Positions 13,140 to 35,837 of a stretch of DNA of 64,000 bases are shown here, one piece after another. Within the stretch, counting starts at the first letter, position 1; every line of letters starts with the position of its first letter. The position numbers and the translations under genes were made by a program. Source of the stretch: Trichinella spiralis (Eukaryota); assembly GCF_000181795.1 (NCBI RefSeq), contig NW_003526943.1, positions 1,545,647 through 1,609,646 of the forward strand. Reading direction: 5' to 3'. Below the pieces are notes generated by a model that saw nothing but the letters and a program-made list of their open reading frames with translations, was not told the DNA's origin and ran no database searches.

Positions 13140-13817
13140 CATATCCATCCATATTCAGTTGTAATAATATTTCTATTATGAAAATACGGCTCTTCAGAGT
13201 GTGAAAGCGAGAGAATTCAATTTTTTTTCTTCTAAGATTATAAATGCATGATTTTCTTTGCTCAAAATATGTTTGATTTGTTTGAAAAATCAAAATAAAA
13301 CAGTTTGATTAGATTTTTCTTCGATTTTGAAAATAGTATTTAATTGGTAGTTATTCAGAAAAAAAATTAAATTTCTGCGTTGTATGTTGATTTATGAGCA
13401 TGTTGACGACCCCTGAAGGCCTAGTTTTAGATGAAAATGTTCCACGTTGAATTTTTAATAATGAATTTATTTCTGGTATATGGATTTTTAAATCGTTGGT
13501 TGATGAATGCTTTTTGTTGCTTAATAATTACAACAGGTACCAAGTAGCGTGTCGTTGTCAGTTAACGATGCTTTTTTGAACATTATTTGATTATTATTTT
13601 TTTATTGTTTTGTTTTGTGAGTTGTTCTGCTAGTTGCATCGTAAACTTCAAAGCAGTACTATGAAAAGTCAGTTTCAATCTGCGCAGTTTTGTTGGAAAT
13701 AGTTTCCAGTTGTACAATTTTTGCATTCAATTGTATTCAGCATGTAAGTTTAAATTGATGTATTGTATTTTCACTTTCTATTTAGCAATAAAATAAAGGC
13801 TTCATGAATGAATGAAG

Positions 13818-13818
<1 letters not shown>

Positions 13819-13848
<30 letters not shown>
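13819..13848. repeat. (TA)n microsatellite
   Basis: Direct reading. Confidence 0.95.
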
Positions 13849-13851
<3 letters not shown>

Positions 13852-16800
13852 ATAATGTTTTCAGTTATGTAAATTCGTCATGCATGATCGGCTTTTCAGT
13901 TTCGTTTTCATCATCTGAGCATTGAAGTATGAGAAGTTAGTGATGGCGTTGGCAGGTGTTTCGATCAATTTTCAAAATGATTATTTTCGTTGTTTTTTCA
14001 TCTTCAATGATTGATTACTAAATGATGAAATATTTTTGTTTATTTTTTAATAACAAAAAATGAATTGTTTTGTTTTTTAAATTAAGTGTTAATTTTTGAA
14101 ATAGCAATTCTCTGATTTTGATTTATGAAAACAATTTCAGTTGCCAAGCTAGAATTGACGTCTTTGGAAAAATTTTACTAAACTGTACATTATACACATA
14201 CATGAGGGGTCGAATCAATATTTTCTTTTTTTATTTGTTGTTTGTTGAAGGTATATGTGTGAAATTGTTGTAATGTAAAAGAAACTACAAAAAATTATTA
14301 AAGAAATTTTTTCTTGTTGTATAGATTGTAGAAAAAATTTTGAAATTGGTAAATTTCTTCGAAATTTAAATGTTGCGTTTTTCAAACTAATGCGAACATT
14401 TCATCTGTTTGGATGTTGCAACTTTTAAAAATGAATTCATTTTTAAAGTAGTTTATTTTTTTTCTGAGCATCAGTCTGATCAATGAACAAAGCTAATTTG
14501 CAACTTTTGACAAAAATTGCTAGAAACGTCTTTTTTCAACAATGAATGAAGTTTTACGCGCAAAAAAATTGGCAACGAAATATTCATTCAGATTTTTTTA
14601 TTCAAATTGATTTTACTAGCCAAATGTTGCAGTGGTCGATTTTGCGTTCAAACTATAGCCCCGTTGGTATTATTTTCTTCTTCATCTTTTAATTCCTTTG
14701 TGAATAGGGTGTTTCAAATTTAAATTCAGACACTTGAAAATGAATGTCGAAACTTTTTTTTCATTCTGTTTGTTCTCAACTTTATTTATTGTTCTTCATT
14801 TCAATTTTATCAATCATTTTAATAATCATCTTAGCCTCCTTAGTTGCAGTTCTTAATTTATATTTTAAGGATTCTCTCTTCCCTCCCTCTTTCTCTGTGT
14901 GTATGTGTGTGCGTATGTGTTGCTCATGGTTTCACTTCTGTATCATTTTCGTTTATCCCATTACAACTGCCTAGGATACATGCGTGGTTTTCAAAATCCA
15001 TCTTCAACATTGATGCAAAATAATTGAAAAATTCAAAATTGCACTAGTAATATGTATGAAGTGTTTGTGCTAGAGTTGTGTTGTTCGAGTGGGAAATTGA
15101 TCGTCATGGTGGTATGTATGTCATGCTGCCTCTCAAATATTAATTTTTTCCACCTCATGCTGCTTGCTCTCGATGCTCTACCGACGATGATGTTCAAACA
15201 AACAGTCAAGAGGAATACGAATGTATTCATGTATTTGTCCATCCAATGTAAAAATTTATATTGTGGTATATTTAAATTTGCTCATATTAAACGAAACATC
15301 GTTGAAGATGTGAGAGGAAAAACAAAATTTTTTCTTCTTGTATAATAATAAGCTGTTGAATGTATTTGATTTCAAAAAAAACATTTAGCAAGAAAATTGT
15401 TTGCCTGAAAGAATGGAAAATTTATTCACTTTCAATGATTAGCGTTGGAAAGAATTTCATCTGATTTTGGTAACAGCCGCAAAATGTATGCAGAATGGTG
15501 AAAGAATGGGGATCGTTGGTTTTTGGCGGTTGACAGTTGTCTGATCTGAGCATGACGATTGATTGGACGACGCTTGAGGTAAAGCTGGAGCGCAACTGTT
15601 CCAAAGCGCAGCTTTGCGATGTTTTTCGCTTCCAAGCTTAAGCGCAAGCGGTTTCTGAAAGCTGAAGTGCAAAAGCACATCCCGCTGTGGCAAATTCCGT
15701 CCGGACGCTTGTTCTGTGAACGTCACGCGTTTTCAACTCTGGGGGGAGTTGGTGAAGTAGAAAACGCTTCCAACAAGCTGGGAACTTGTTTCACCAATGG
15801 CATGTAGCCGCATGACAGCCCCATGACTGCGCTGTGGAACATTTCAGCTTATTTTTTTTTACATCTCTTCGCTTTTGATGATATTCGACAACACCTTCAT
15901 CTTGTAATTCGGTGACTTTTGAGAACAATTTTCCACTTGGCTGTCATTTACATTTGTACACTCAACCTGACGTTTGGTTTGGTAAGAATTTAAAAAACAA
16001 ATTTAATATGAATTCAATTCAAAAATTCTTATGAATAGTACATACAGACCATTAGGAAAAATGTATTGAACTGAAAGGTACAATGCACAGTTTCACCTGC
16101 AACAGTTGCAACTGTACCTTTGCAACTTTTTCCATCATCATCAGTGGATATTTTTCATAAATTATGAAAAAGTTGATTATACTTAAAAAATTGTAAAAGA
16201 GAGAAGAGGATTGGGAAGTGTTTCTTTTTTGTTTTCTTGCAATTTACATGGAAGAAATTAGATTAACAATTAATTCAGTCGATCAATTGCATTCTTAACA
16301 CTACCGCTGGTAAAGTAGTCGACCAACGTGGACAGAATGCGGATGTGAAAAAATATTTTAAAAAATAAAAAAAACTCTTGCAAATAAATTTACTTTTCTT
16401 TTCACTGGACAACAATTAATGGGGGAGGGGGGAATACATTACAATGGTCATCATCATGGGTGTAAATTGAATTTTTTTCTCCTCTTTCTACCTCTTCGCT
16501 TTGCCGGTTTGGGTGGGTTTACCCGATTAAAAGTTTGCAGTACAGTTGAGCGCATGCGCATGGGTCAACAAAGCCAATGAATCGGTATGAAAATCAATAT
16601 GCATTTATATTATTTATTTTTAAACTGGTCAAAGCAGCTATAATTCAATTTGCATGCTGTGATGATATTTTCAAGGCTAATTAAAAATAAAAAATTTTAT
16701 TATTTTGTAATCAATTCTTCCCATTTGGCTCGGAAAATTTAATTCCTACGTTCATTGCCATCCATATCCATTATTTGTATCACATTTGTATATTGGGGAG

Positions 16801-18310
16801 AAAGTTTTCTTTTTAATTACAACCTTTTTTGTTTAAATATTAAAATTTAAAATGCGAATCACTTTTGAAACTTACAAATTGATTAGATGTATTGCTGCTT
16901 CAGTTTTAAGCATTTTTTTGAAATTTATTTTAAAATTCAATATTTGAATTTAAATGCAGAATTAAATTTAACAATTTGTTATTATTATTTCAAACGTGCG
17001 CAGCAGTATTTGTAAGTTGTAAAGAGCTCAGTTTACATTTCAACATTCTATAATGAAAGTTTCATTGTAAGCTGTTGAGATCCTTCCTCTAATTATGATG
17101 AGAAATGGAACTCTATGTTTCACAATCTTGAAAACAGAGATGCGCATGATTAATTAGCGATTGTTATGTTTATGATTAATTAATTCATCATCTTTGAATG
17201 CACCTTTGCATTGTGTAAACAGAATGCCTACTATTCAGCAAATGGTTGTCAGTTTCCTCATTCTGTTCTATATATATTAAAGCTTTTTTTTTAAACAAAA
17301 AATTATATTGTATTATTGTAAAGAATAAATTTGGTGTTTATGATCAGAATTTTACGTTTATCATAAAAGTGAATGATAAATAAAGTGCTTTTGTTCTTTC
17401 GTTTTTGTACAGACAAAATTTTTTAAATTATTTTTTAACATCAGTACGGTAACAAATTAATACTTGACTGTCAACAAAATTTGAATTTCAATAATTGCAA
17501 AGTGCTTGCTTTTGCTAGTATGTAAACTTAATGGTTAAGATGTTATAAAATAAAAGTTTTTAAATATTTCTTTATTTTTACTTTTTACATAATTTTTCAA
17601 TTGTACAGTAATGAAATAAGATAGTCATGTTCGTCGAAGATTTTAAATTTGTTTTTCATCGGGTATTTGTCGTCACGACGGTGTATATAGTATGGTTAGG
17701 GCCGCTTTTTTTCGGTTTGGGCAAATTTTCAAGTCGTAAATGCTTGTTAATTCACACGACGACGCCAATCTTGTTATATGCTTGCGAGTGGTAAATTTTC
17801 TTTGCTAGACAATTGGCAGTTTTCCTTTCGGCTATCCTCCAATTGCGCACATTTATTTATTTGCTAAATAAGCATGCAGCAGCAATGAGAGAAAGTAAAA
17901 AGCACAGTTTGGTGGAGTGTTTTGCTGGTTTTTTCAAGTTGGCCATCCTGCGGGTGTGAAGGCATTAAAAAATTTCCATGAAGGAGAAATTTGTTTTTTT
18001 TTGATGATCATCAAAGACATGAAACAGTTTTTGAAATTATTACTGTGTTTTTCTTTTGTTTATCAGTGAATTTTTGTTCAAAGTTCTCCAGTGCCACAGG
18101 TTCACGGTGGGTGGAGATCCGCGGATGTAGAGCGTGGGCGGCGGCGTGGGAGAGTGGATTCGATTTTGCCGTGATCCCTGAATCACCGTCACCAGTTTGC
18201 ACTGAACTGACTTGCGGGTGAATCGATCGACAGGAATCGAAAGTGACGAATTTGGCCGCCAAAGCGTCGTCTCTTGCATTGCTGAAGTGAAGCAAACGCT
18301 GTTCATAAAA

Positions 18311-18907
18311 ATGGGCAATCGACAGCCGAGCAACGGACGCCCGGCAGTGCCGGTCGAAACCGATGTCGTTGTGGACACCATCCTGCCGGACGACTTGCAG
18401 CTTCTGGCCGATCCGAACACGAAGCGTCTGTTGCAGATGACTTGGCCGGCGGATTTTGCCGACTTGTACGAGCTCGGTTTGGAAATATGCCAAGAGTTGT
18501 TCAAGCAGATGGCACCGGCACTGGTGCCCAGGCACCGACTTTCGATGGGCGACGTGGTCACGGCCGAGGAACAGTCGCTGGGAGTTCGTCTGAGAACAGA
18601 AGCTCTTCGCTTTGTCCAAGTGCTTCATTTGGCACTGATCAATTGCGATGATTTGCGTAATTTGAAAAATCATCTCAACAAAATTGGCAAGATTTATTTG
18701 CTCAGAGGTTTGGATGGTAGTCACCCGCAGTTGTTCAAATATTCTGTCGTCAGGACGATGGAAAAGCGCCTGAGGAACAAATTCGATTTGGACGATGCAA
18801 GCAAGCAGAAGGTATTGAAAGCGTGGGAAACCATCGCTGATTTCATATGCATGCAATGGAGTTACAAAGAAAAGCCATGCGACCGACGCAAGTCGACGCC
18901 TTACTAG
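18311..18907 (+). CDS. Globin-fold protein with atypical heme-pocket residues; intronless CDS
   Basis: Nematode globin pattern: A12 Trp (LQMTW), G..I...LF, ALRF..L, L.KIG, and KAW..IADFI in the H helix. The start is MGNRQPS after AAAA. Confidence 0.8.
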   Translation: MGNRQPSNGRPAVPVETDVVVDTILPDDLQLLADPNTKRLLQMTWPADFADLYELGLEICQELFKQMAPALVPRHRLSMGDVVTAEEQSLGVRLRTEALRFVQVLHLALINCDDLRNLKNHLNKIGKIYLLRGLDGSHPQLFKYSVVRTMEKRLRNKFDLDDASKQKVLKAWETIADFICMQWSYKEKPCDRRKSTPY

Positions 18908-21900
18908 TCGCTTCATAAGTGAGTGAGTTGTGCAAATTTTGTTCTTTTTCGAAATTTGATTAATTCCCAATAACCACTACTTCTTGCACAGACACGAGAA
19001 ATAATGTTTCATTTGGAGAATCTAAGATTTGTTGAGAATAAGGCTTGAAGTATTTTTAACTGGACGGACACAATTATAGAAAGCAGCCGTTGATGGAATG
19101 ATCAGTGATAATTTATGGCAATTCAGTCGATCACATCTAAATGTTTGTGCATGCAATCTGTTGTTACGTGAAAACACTTTATTATCGCACACTGTGAAAG
19201 ATTGGCATTTATAATTTTGATGAATAGCTTGTTAGCGGCATGTCTGTCTGTTATTTGAAGATGATTTTCTCGTATTCAGCAGTCAGTAGTGGTGGTACTT
19301 GCAAAGTCAGTTTCACTCTTTAGTCCTTTTTTTCTTTTCTAATACAGCAGAAAGTACTTCAACTGTAGAAGTGGATGCTTTTTTTCTTATTATTGAAAAA
19401 GAAGCTAAAATAGTAGTAGATAATTTTATTTAAATCAGTCGTTTATAAAAGCTTATTATGACCTTATACAGATCAATAATCATACGCTGATGGCATAAAT
19501 ATAATATCAGTGTTCTAATCAAGAGGATTTCATACAATCAAATCAACGCTCGTGGAGAATAGCATACATGATATTCATTAAAAAAAATTTCAATCAGATC
19601 ATTCAAATCTGCAACCTTTTTTACACTGATATTATAGATCAGTTTGCTTAAGGGGACAGACGACCAGTATTTAGTGTAAAACCTTTTAAGTGATGCAAAA
19701 ATATTTGTCAGCTCCTATTCAATATTGTTTTGTTTAGTGAATATTTTTTACATGTAAAAATGAACAATATTAGTTATTCATAATATTATCATTTATATCT
19801 GTTTCAAGGAATGTGTAAACATTAATGTGTGTCTCTAACTTTATTAAATTTTGCCCACTAGTTTGAAAGTATTTTCTGCAAAAAAATAATAGTTCATTTT
19901 AAACACACACGTTATTGTTATTTTTGCAACAAAAATGATTAATAATGAAAACCGTTGTTTCGTCTGTAGACTTATTTTATTGAAATTTTTTAATTAAATG
20001 TGATGTTGAATATATTGCTTTCTTTGATTTGGAAATTTTCCTACAAAATACTATTTGCCTAATGTGCAATCAATTTATAGCAATCACGGAAATACTTTTT
20101 CACACTTTTGAAAACAATTTCATTTCTTTCAGCTATTTTATTTCCAACTTTGTTTTTGAGGTTTTGTAAAAGCTTTTCAAAAATCGTTCGGCAAATTGCA
20201 CTCGAGGCAGAATCCATTAGTGAGAGCAGATGCAATCACGGCTGTGAAATTTGTACTTTATTATCAAGAAAAAAAACTTTTTCCCTTTAAACACTGGAAT
20301 CTTTCGTCAGAATATCATTGTAATTGATGGTGCTAGAATTAGTGAAAAACAAACTAATAGCTTTTGAAATGCACTTTCAAAATGGAGCATACTATAACGG
20401 TGCTTTTTTTCTCAGTGTTTAATCTATTAGCCATATGTATATTATTAGCCAAAAATTTGGACAATTTGGTTGCTAAATTTCGGTAAATTGAAAATTTCGC
20501 TTAAAATATTTAATCACTTTGACATTGTTATTGTTATTAGTTGGTTCAATTTATTAATGGTTCGTCTTATAATTAATTAATTAATTAACTACTGAACAAG
20601 AGAAGATTTTCCATTGATGTCTCCAAACTCTATCTTCTTGTGTGGAACACAAGCACGTTTATACTGTTCGTATGCGAAATGAAATTATCGACCATTAATT
20701 AATATTTAATTTGATTTTCGAATGATGACAATGAACATAACATTATAAATAAGTAAATGCAATTAAGCACAACATAAGTGAAACGGACGACTAACAAACA
20801 GTTCACGCTAAACTTCTCGGACAATGATTTGAAAAAATATCTTTTCATTCAGCTTTTTGTTTTGTTTACTTCAGTGAAGCATGCAAGCAAAAAATTTGTT
20901 CTGCCAAGCTGGGCAAATCCAAGCCAACAGAGTGGACTGTACAAGAAAGCTTCATCAACAAGAGGTTAAAGCGACAGCCAAAAGTGAAAAGTGTAAAGAA
21001 GAAGAAGAATGAAGACACAAAGAATAAGACAGAACAGAACAACAGCTATTCGTTGCTTGTAAAAAACTGTTTTCTGTTTTCTAATTGTTTATCGAAATTT
21101 GAAAAGTTGAAAAAAATAAAAAATATTTTTATAAAAATGCTTCTTGTTTTACAAATTTTTTTGAAATTTCTTTTATCTTGCAACTGTGAGTTCGTGATAT
21201 TGGATGTTCGATTCTGCCAGTGACAGACGTACACGCACACGCATGCGTTCAACTTTCAAACTTCAACAGCTACAGTATCCACCAGGAAATACGGCCCGAA
21301 AATAAATGCGCCCAACGAAAAAAATTTTTTTTTAATCTTAATTAATGCAAAATTTCTTTTTTTTATGAAAAATAAATAACTTCAGCTGAATTAATAAACC
21401 GACTGGAAAAGTGTTGAAAAGTATTTGTAGAAAATTTTTCGTTAAAAAAAAGAAAATCAAGTATGATGCGGTTTTTCAAATCAAAAGGATCGAAGAGAAG
21501 AGTAAAAAAACAACTGACTATATAGCGTTTTTTTTATTTTGCACTCAGAATGAACATAAAAATAAGGCAATAATATTGCATTAGAAAAAAATAAAATGAG
21601 TTTTGATTTAAAAAATTATAAAAATGAGAATAAAACAATATTCTCGTATTGTTTCGATATTTTGATTGATAAAGAAAAAAAAGCTCTGAGCAAAAAAATT
21701 ACGCCGTTGGTGGTTAGTCGGTTGTCAGTCAGCGTGACTAAAAGCACAAAATGGCGAAAGTTGAAAATGGAGAAAAAAAGGCTTTGGTCGACAAAATTTG
21801 CTCGCCGACGAAAAAAATGCATAAATACTTGATTATACGGCTGCAAGGAATAAAAAAGACAGTACAGAAGACAATTTGTATAAATTTGTGTACAAGATAT

Positions 21901-22199
21901 GTCGAGCATACAATGCTAATTTCTTGCACATTGCGCAAGATTGGTAAAAGTGTTGTAAAAAAGAAGGAATAAAACATACATATACATATAACCCGAAACT
22001 AGTGCAGTAATAGTAGATGATGACAGAGTAAGTAAGTGAGCAAGTGAGCTAGCTAGCTAGCTAACTAGTTGATTTCTCTGTCCCCCCCCCCCACTCTTTC
22101 TCTCTCTCTCCCTCTCCTGCTTACTTATACTAATGGTCGCTCACTCTCCCCTCTCCTCTGCCCACAGATCCAAAGAGAACAACAGCAGAACAGCTTCGT

Positions 22200-30912
<8,713 letters not shown>

Positions 30913-31503
30913 TATGCGTTTCACTTGAAGAAATATCAAACAACTGCAGAAATTTTACATTAATAATAATAGACAGGGCAGAAAAAAATGACCCGCAAAA
31001 GCGAATTACAATATGTACATGTTTGAAAAAATGCACAAGGTAACCCGTACAGTGCGAGATACAGACAAATTTTATTGATGCGCAAGTATTAATGTTAATT
31101 ACAAATTTAAATAAAAAATCAACCGCTCTAGGACAGCGCACAGTTGTTTAATTTTAAAAACGCTACTGCACAATATTCAATAATATTTGTATTTTTTTAA
31201 TTGGATAATTTATATAATGTTTAGCTAATTTTGATTGTTTTTCTTAACAAAGAATAATTTTAATCTTGAAACATTCCATTTAAAAGGTAAAGAAAAGACA
31301 ATACAACTGAAATAAATTTGGACGTTTTTACTGGCTTAAAATTGTATTTTTTATTAATTATGGAAAAGCAAAAGAGAAATCACACGCATTTCTCTCCCGA
31401 CAAATTGGTCATTTGTAATCAACACGTAAAAATATATTATTTAAATATTATTAAATTTTTATTAAAAAAAGAAAAACAGACAGAATATGAAGCAATAATA
31501 ATT

Positions 31504-34500
31504 TCAAACAGACTGGCTATTATTGCCGTTTTTTCTGCTATCGTTGTTGGACGTTTTGGAGAGGCCATTTTTGAAAAAATGATTCGATTTGAATTGTGCG
31601 GAGTTGTGGAAAATTTTAGAAAAAATATTTTTGACAAAACTGAACATCCGGGCGCTATGGTTGGATTTGACAGTGTTCGGCAGGAAGATGGTCAGCGACA
31701 CCGGCAAGAAGAGATGACTGTGCAAAATGCCCAGCATGATGACCAAGAAGACGGTCTTGAAAAAGGTGACGATCATCGGCACCGGCACCCTGCTCAGGAC
31801 GCTGACGCCGAGCACGGTCGCCAGACCGCTGAGCAATACCGGATAGCCGAGCAGTTGCAACGACCGGATCGCCCGCTGAGAGGTGGACCCTTTGGCACAA
31901 ATGTAACCGTAGGAGATGTGAGCGGACAAGTCGACCGCGAAGCCGATCGACATGATCAACGTGATCATCGAGATGCAGTCCAAATTGACATCCCAGTGGG
32001 ACATGTAGCCGTAGACGCCGACGTTGATCGACAACATGGACAAAGTGATGAATAAGCCGCAGTAGAGGTTCGGTATCAAGATGAAAGCGATGACGATCAT
32101 GCTGCAAAAGGAGATGCCCAGATTGCGCCAAGTGGTCGGCGCGATGCTCATGTATTGGTCGACGTGGGGCCAGAATTCGTGGTAAGTGGTCACGTTCATG
32201 TCTGCATACTTGGCGGCGGTGGTGCGCAAAAATTTCGCCGCCTTCACCTGCTCGGCTGCAGTGTTGAACTTGAGCAATCCGATTTGAAATCGAAAAGCCT
32301 TGATTCGACCACGACTGCTTCCATTGTTCGACGGGTGGGACCAGACGATGTCGGTCTCCCAGAGTGGGCGGGCGCCGTTGAAGCGGATCCAATTTAGCAA
32401 ATCGTCCGACCAAAACTTGTCCGTATCCATTATGGCCGCGCCCAGACTGTTCAAATAATTTATATACTCGTTGAGGAAGAACACGGTTCCGTTGGAACCC
32501 ATCGTGAACGCGCTGCCTTCGAACGCGTGCACCATGTCCAGCACGCGTTGGCGGTTCTCAGCCACGGACAAGTCCGGCGGATTGTTGACCAAAATGTGCA
32601 CTTGCATGCCGCAGTTGCGAAAATCTCTGGACAGTTTGTAAAATTTCGTCACGTAATGATTTTCGTGCACCAAATCTGCCGGCCGCAGCCCCTCCTTGAT
32701 CACAATGCAACCCCATATCGCCAGGCCGATGTAAATCAGATACAAAAAGCACACAACCACCTTAACGGCGGGGTGGAACAAGCAATGGCCGTAATATTTT
32801 TGAAAAAATGTCGACGAAACCGACTCAGCTTTCGAACAACGCTTTTCCAAGGGTATTTTTCTCTTCTCTTTCAATTCACAACGACTCAGTGTATAATTTG
32901 GTGTCCCATCCGACGATGCTGCTACATTTGCCACACTTTCTGCGAACAACATTTTGCCACTATTTTCAGTCATGTGAACGTCATCTAAACAATTAAAATA
33001 ATATTAATTATTATTATGGTAGTTTTTTTGTTCTCCATCACAATATTCAATATTTACCTGAACTTTTGACCGCAGAATTGTTGTTCTCTTTAATAATTAT
33101 CCATGGGAATAAGCAGTGGCGACGTTCGGCTTCAAAATTGCCAAAAAAAGCCATCACTGCTGCAAAAAATGTAATCTGACAAGTGTAATCCAATGTCATC
33201 GCCAGGGCGGTATAGATGCAAAACGAAGTGACAGCCGGAAATGTGCTCCAAGCTCCCACGAGAAACGAAACCACGTCTGTGACCGACGTGATCGTGATCG
33301 CCACGCCGGCATCGGCCAACGCCTGTGCTAAACGCTTTTCCGTGGGCAGACTGTCGTCCGTCTCTTTCCAAGCTGATATCATGATGAACATATCGCTCAC
33401 TCCGACAGCTAAACATCGTTCTTTATTGCACTCGTCATTCAAGCGATGACAAATTTACATAATGCAGAGTTTTCTGATTGTATTTTTTTTGTTTTATTTA
33501 TTAATTTTTCTTCCGTTGCTGTTGTTCCCAAGTAAATGAGTATATTTTCGCCTGTTGTCACATTTGTCCAATGTCGAACAAATGTGACGGCAGTGCATTA
33601 ACTAGAGGAGAGAAAATGTGACAAGATGGCTATTAATATGCGCTCTAATAACCACCACGTGTGGGCGTATTCACGCAACAGTCTAATGACACTGGACGCC
33701 GCTGACACGACGTTGCAAATTGTTCACATTCAAAATGCACTGTGCATTTCAATAATTCGAAGGTCAATTTTCGACTGGTTGAAATGGAAATTTGCACATT
33801 GCTTAATGAGCAAGTATTTTTGGAAAATTGCAATATAGAAATTGAGGCATTTTTGTTCGATTCAGCGCATAAATGTTACACAAAAAGTTGCTGTCCTCAT
33901 TTTCCTATACTGATGACGTGATTTATGATGCGGAGATAGTGCAATTGTGAAAGTTATTTAAAAAAATATTATTTTTTCTCCAAATTGACAAATGTATAAT
34001 GTAGAAAGGAGAAAAACAATTTTCGCTTGATTCGCTTAATTTGCATGGTAAAAAATAAAAAAAATTGCATACTTACATACCACCAGAATAGGCATGACCG
34101 AATTGATCAGCACGTACTCCAAGCCGACGAGCAGCAAAAATCCCAACGAGATCACCACCGCCAGAGCTGCGGATACAACGCCCAAAATGCCGACCAACGG
34201 TTTGCTCTTGATCCAGTCGATTTTGTAGACGCCGTTATCGGCTTTGAGCATCACGTTGGTCAACGAGCAGAATATTGTCAACACAAGGTAGGAGAAGCCG
34301 AAATTCGGCAACACAATGTCGACGTTCTCTTTCAAGCCTTCATTGATCGAACCACCGTGCCAGATGACAGCCTCAATTTCCGCAGACGAATATTCATTGC
34401 TGATGTAATGCTGCAATTCCCATTTCCAAGCCGAGCTGTCTTGGTCAATCGACGCTGGCCATTCTTTCAAATTGTAACTCAAACGAATCGACGTCGCATA

Positions 34501-35837
34501 ATCAAAATGACCATCGTCGTCAATCACACGAACGCCTGGAAATTGTTGATCAAGAAAAACAACTTAATTAGCATATTGTTTACAACAACAGATTACGTCT
34601 GAAAGTTTCATAAAGTATATTTTAAAAAACATCTGTGTCGTGTGCATGTTGAACAACTATTCTAAACAAAGGAAATGAGGTGACAATGTGGAGAGGTTTC
34701 CTTAAAGAAAAAAAAATCTGGTCACAAGTTCAGTTAACTGTCCCCGTTGTTCAAAATCAAAAGCAAAGCATTCTTTTTCAAAATGGAACAACAATAAAAT
34801 TGGTTCTTCTTTTGAAGAAAAAGTAAAATAAAATACCCATATTGACCACATTTCCTTGTTCACAACAATAATACGATGAAAGCATTCAAAAAAAGATTAT
34901 TACACATTACATTTTGTAGAAGAAGAAAAGAAAATTTTTTCTATGCAATTAAGTCATACGTGTCAAGATGATGTCTTATTGAATGATCAATTATGAATTG
35001 ATCAATAATAATGAATGAAATTGTTCAACACTCGAAATTTATCCACACTCGAAAGAAAGAACAACTGTAATAGATGAAGAAAAAACAATCAAACTTGAAA
35101 ATCATTATTTTTTTAACAAAGGTCACGTGTGCATTTTTTTTCTATAAAAATAGAATTGATTTTTAAAATGAGTCATAATAAAAAAAATGAATGGAATAAA
35201 TTTTGAAGAAATATATTTTTTTAATATAAATGATAAAGTAAAAAATGCTACCTGCGATTAGTGTTCCGAGATACAGAGGCGAGTCGACGGACCTGGCGAC
35301 CGGGTAGGTGATGTCGACGTATTTGGAAATGCCTTCGCGTTGTTTGAACAGTTCAATGTGGCCGTTGTCGTAGCAAGAGCCGAACCAAGTCAGGCACAGG
35401 TCCTTGTAGCCGACAGTTTGGTTCCGGCTTGTGGAGAAAATTTGGAAACGGTCCAAGATGAACTCGTTCAACTGGCTGGTGGCGTTGAGAATTTCTGGCC
35501 GGAGTACAGTTTTGCCGTCCTTGGGTCGAATGACCAGCTGTATCCAGTGTTTGGCAGAGAAGAATTTGCCCGGTATGAAGCGGTTCTGCACCAGGGGAAA
35601 TTGGTCGTTGATCACAGCCTTTTCGTAGTAGGATGGACCGTCGGTGGGCGTGAACGTTTCCACACTGTTCGGTCTGGTGCGCAACGGTCTGAAGTAGAGA
35701 CCGGCGGCGAGAATGGCCGCCATCACGCACGGTACTACCAAGAACAGCCATCTGTACGTATAGACGACCAACGCGTATTTGTAAAACCAACTGCTGATCA
35801 CTTTGTCCACCGACGGAAGGTCTGTTTCAGGTTCCAT
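31504..35837 (-). CDS. Patched-related (PTR/PTCHD3-like) sterol-sensing-domain protein; exons 35252-35837, 34077-34535, 33058-33408, 31504-32984
   Basis: VGVSDMF, AGVAITITSVTD, SIGFAVDLSAH and GILHSHLFLP motifs, with multi-TM RND architecture. Confidence 0.92.

Noticed and set aside
15420..15985. GC-richer segment with several short ORFs upstream of the globin
   Set aside because: No recognisable protein. It ends in a GTAAGA donor and is most simply an untranslated exon, which cannot be resolved without RNA data.
16549..16560. GCGCATGCGCA palindrome resembling an NRF1/EWG site
   Set aside because: A single short motif with no TSS evidence.
18011..18970. 319-aa minus-strand ORF, and similar long antisense ORFs over par-3, the patched-related gene and IDE (e.g. 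53198-54091)
   Set aside because: Shadow frames of GC-rich coding exons on the opposite strand, with no independent motifs.
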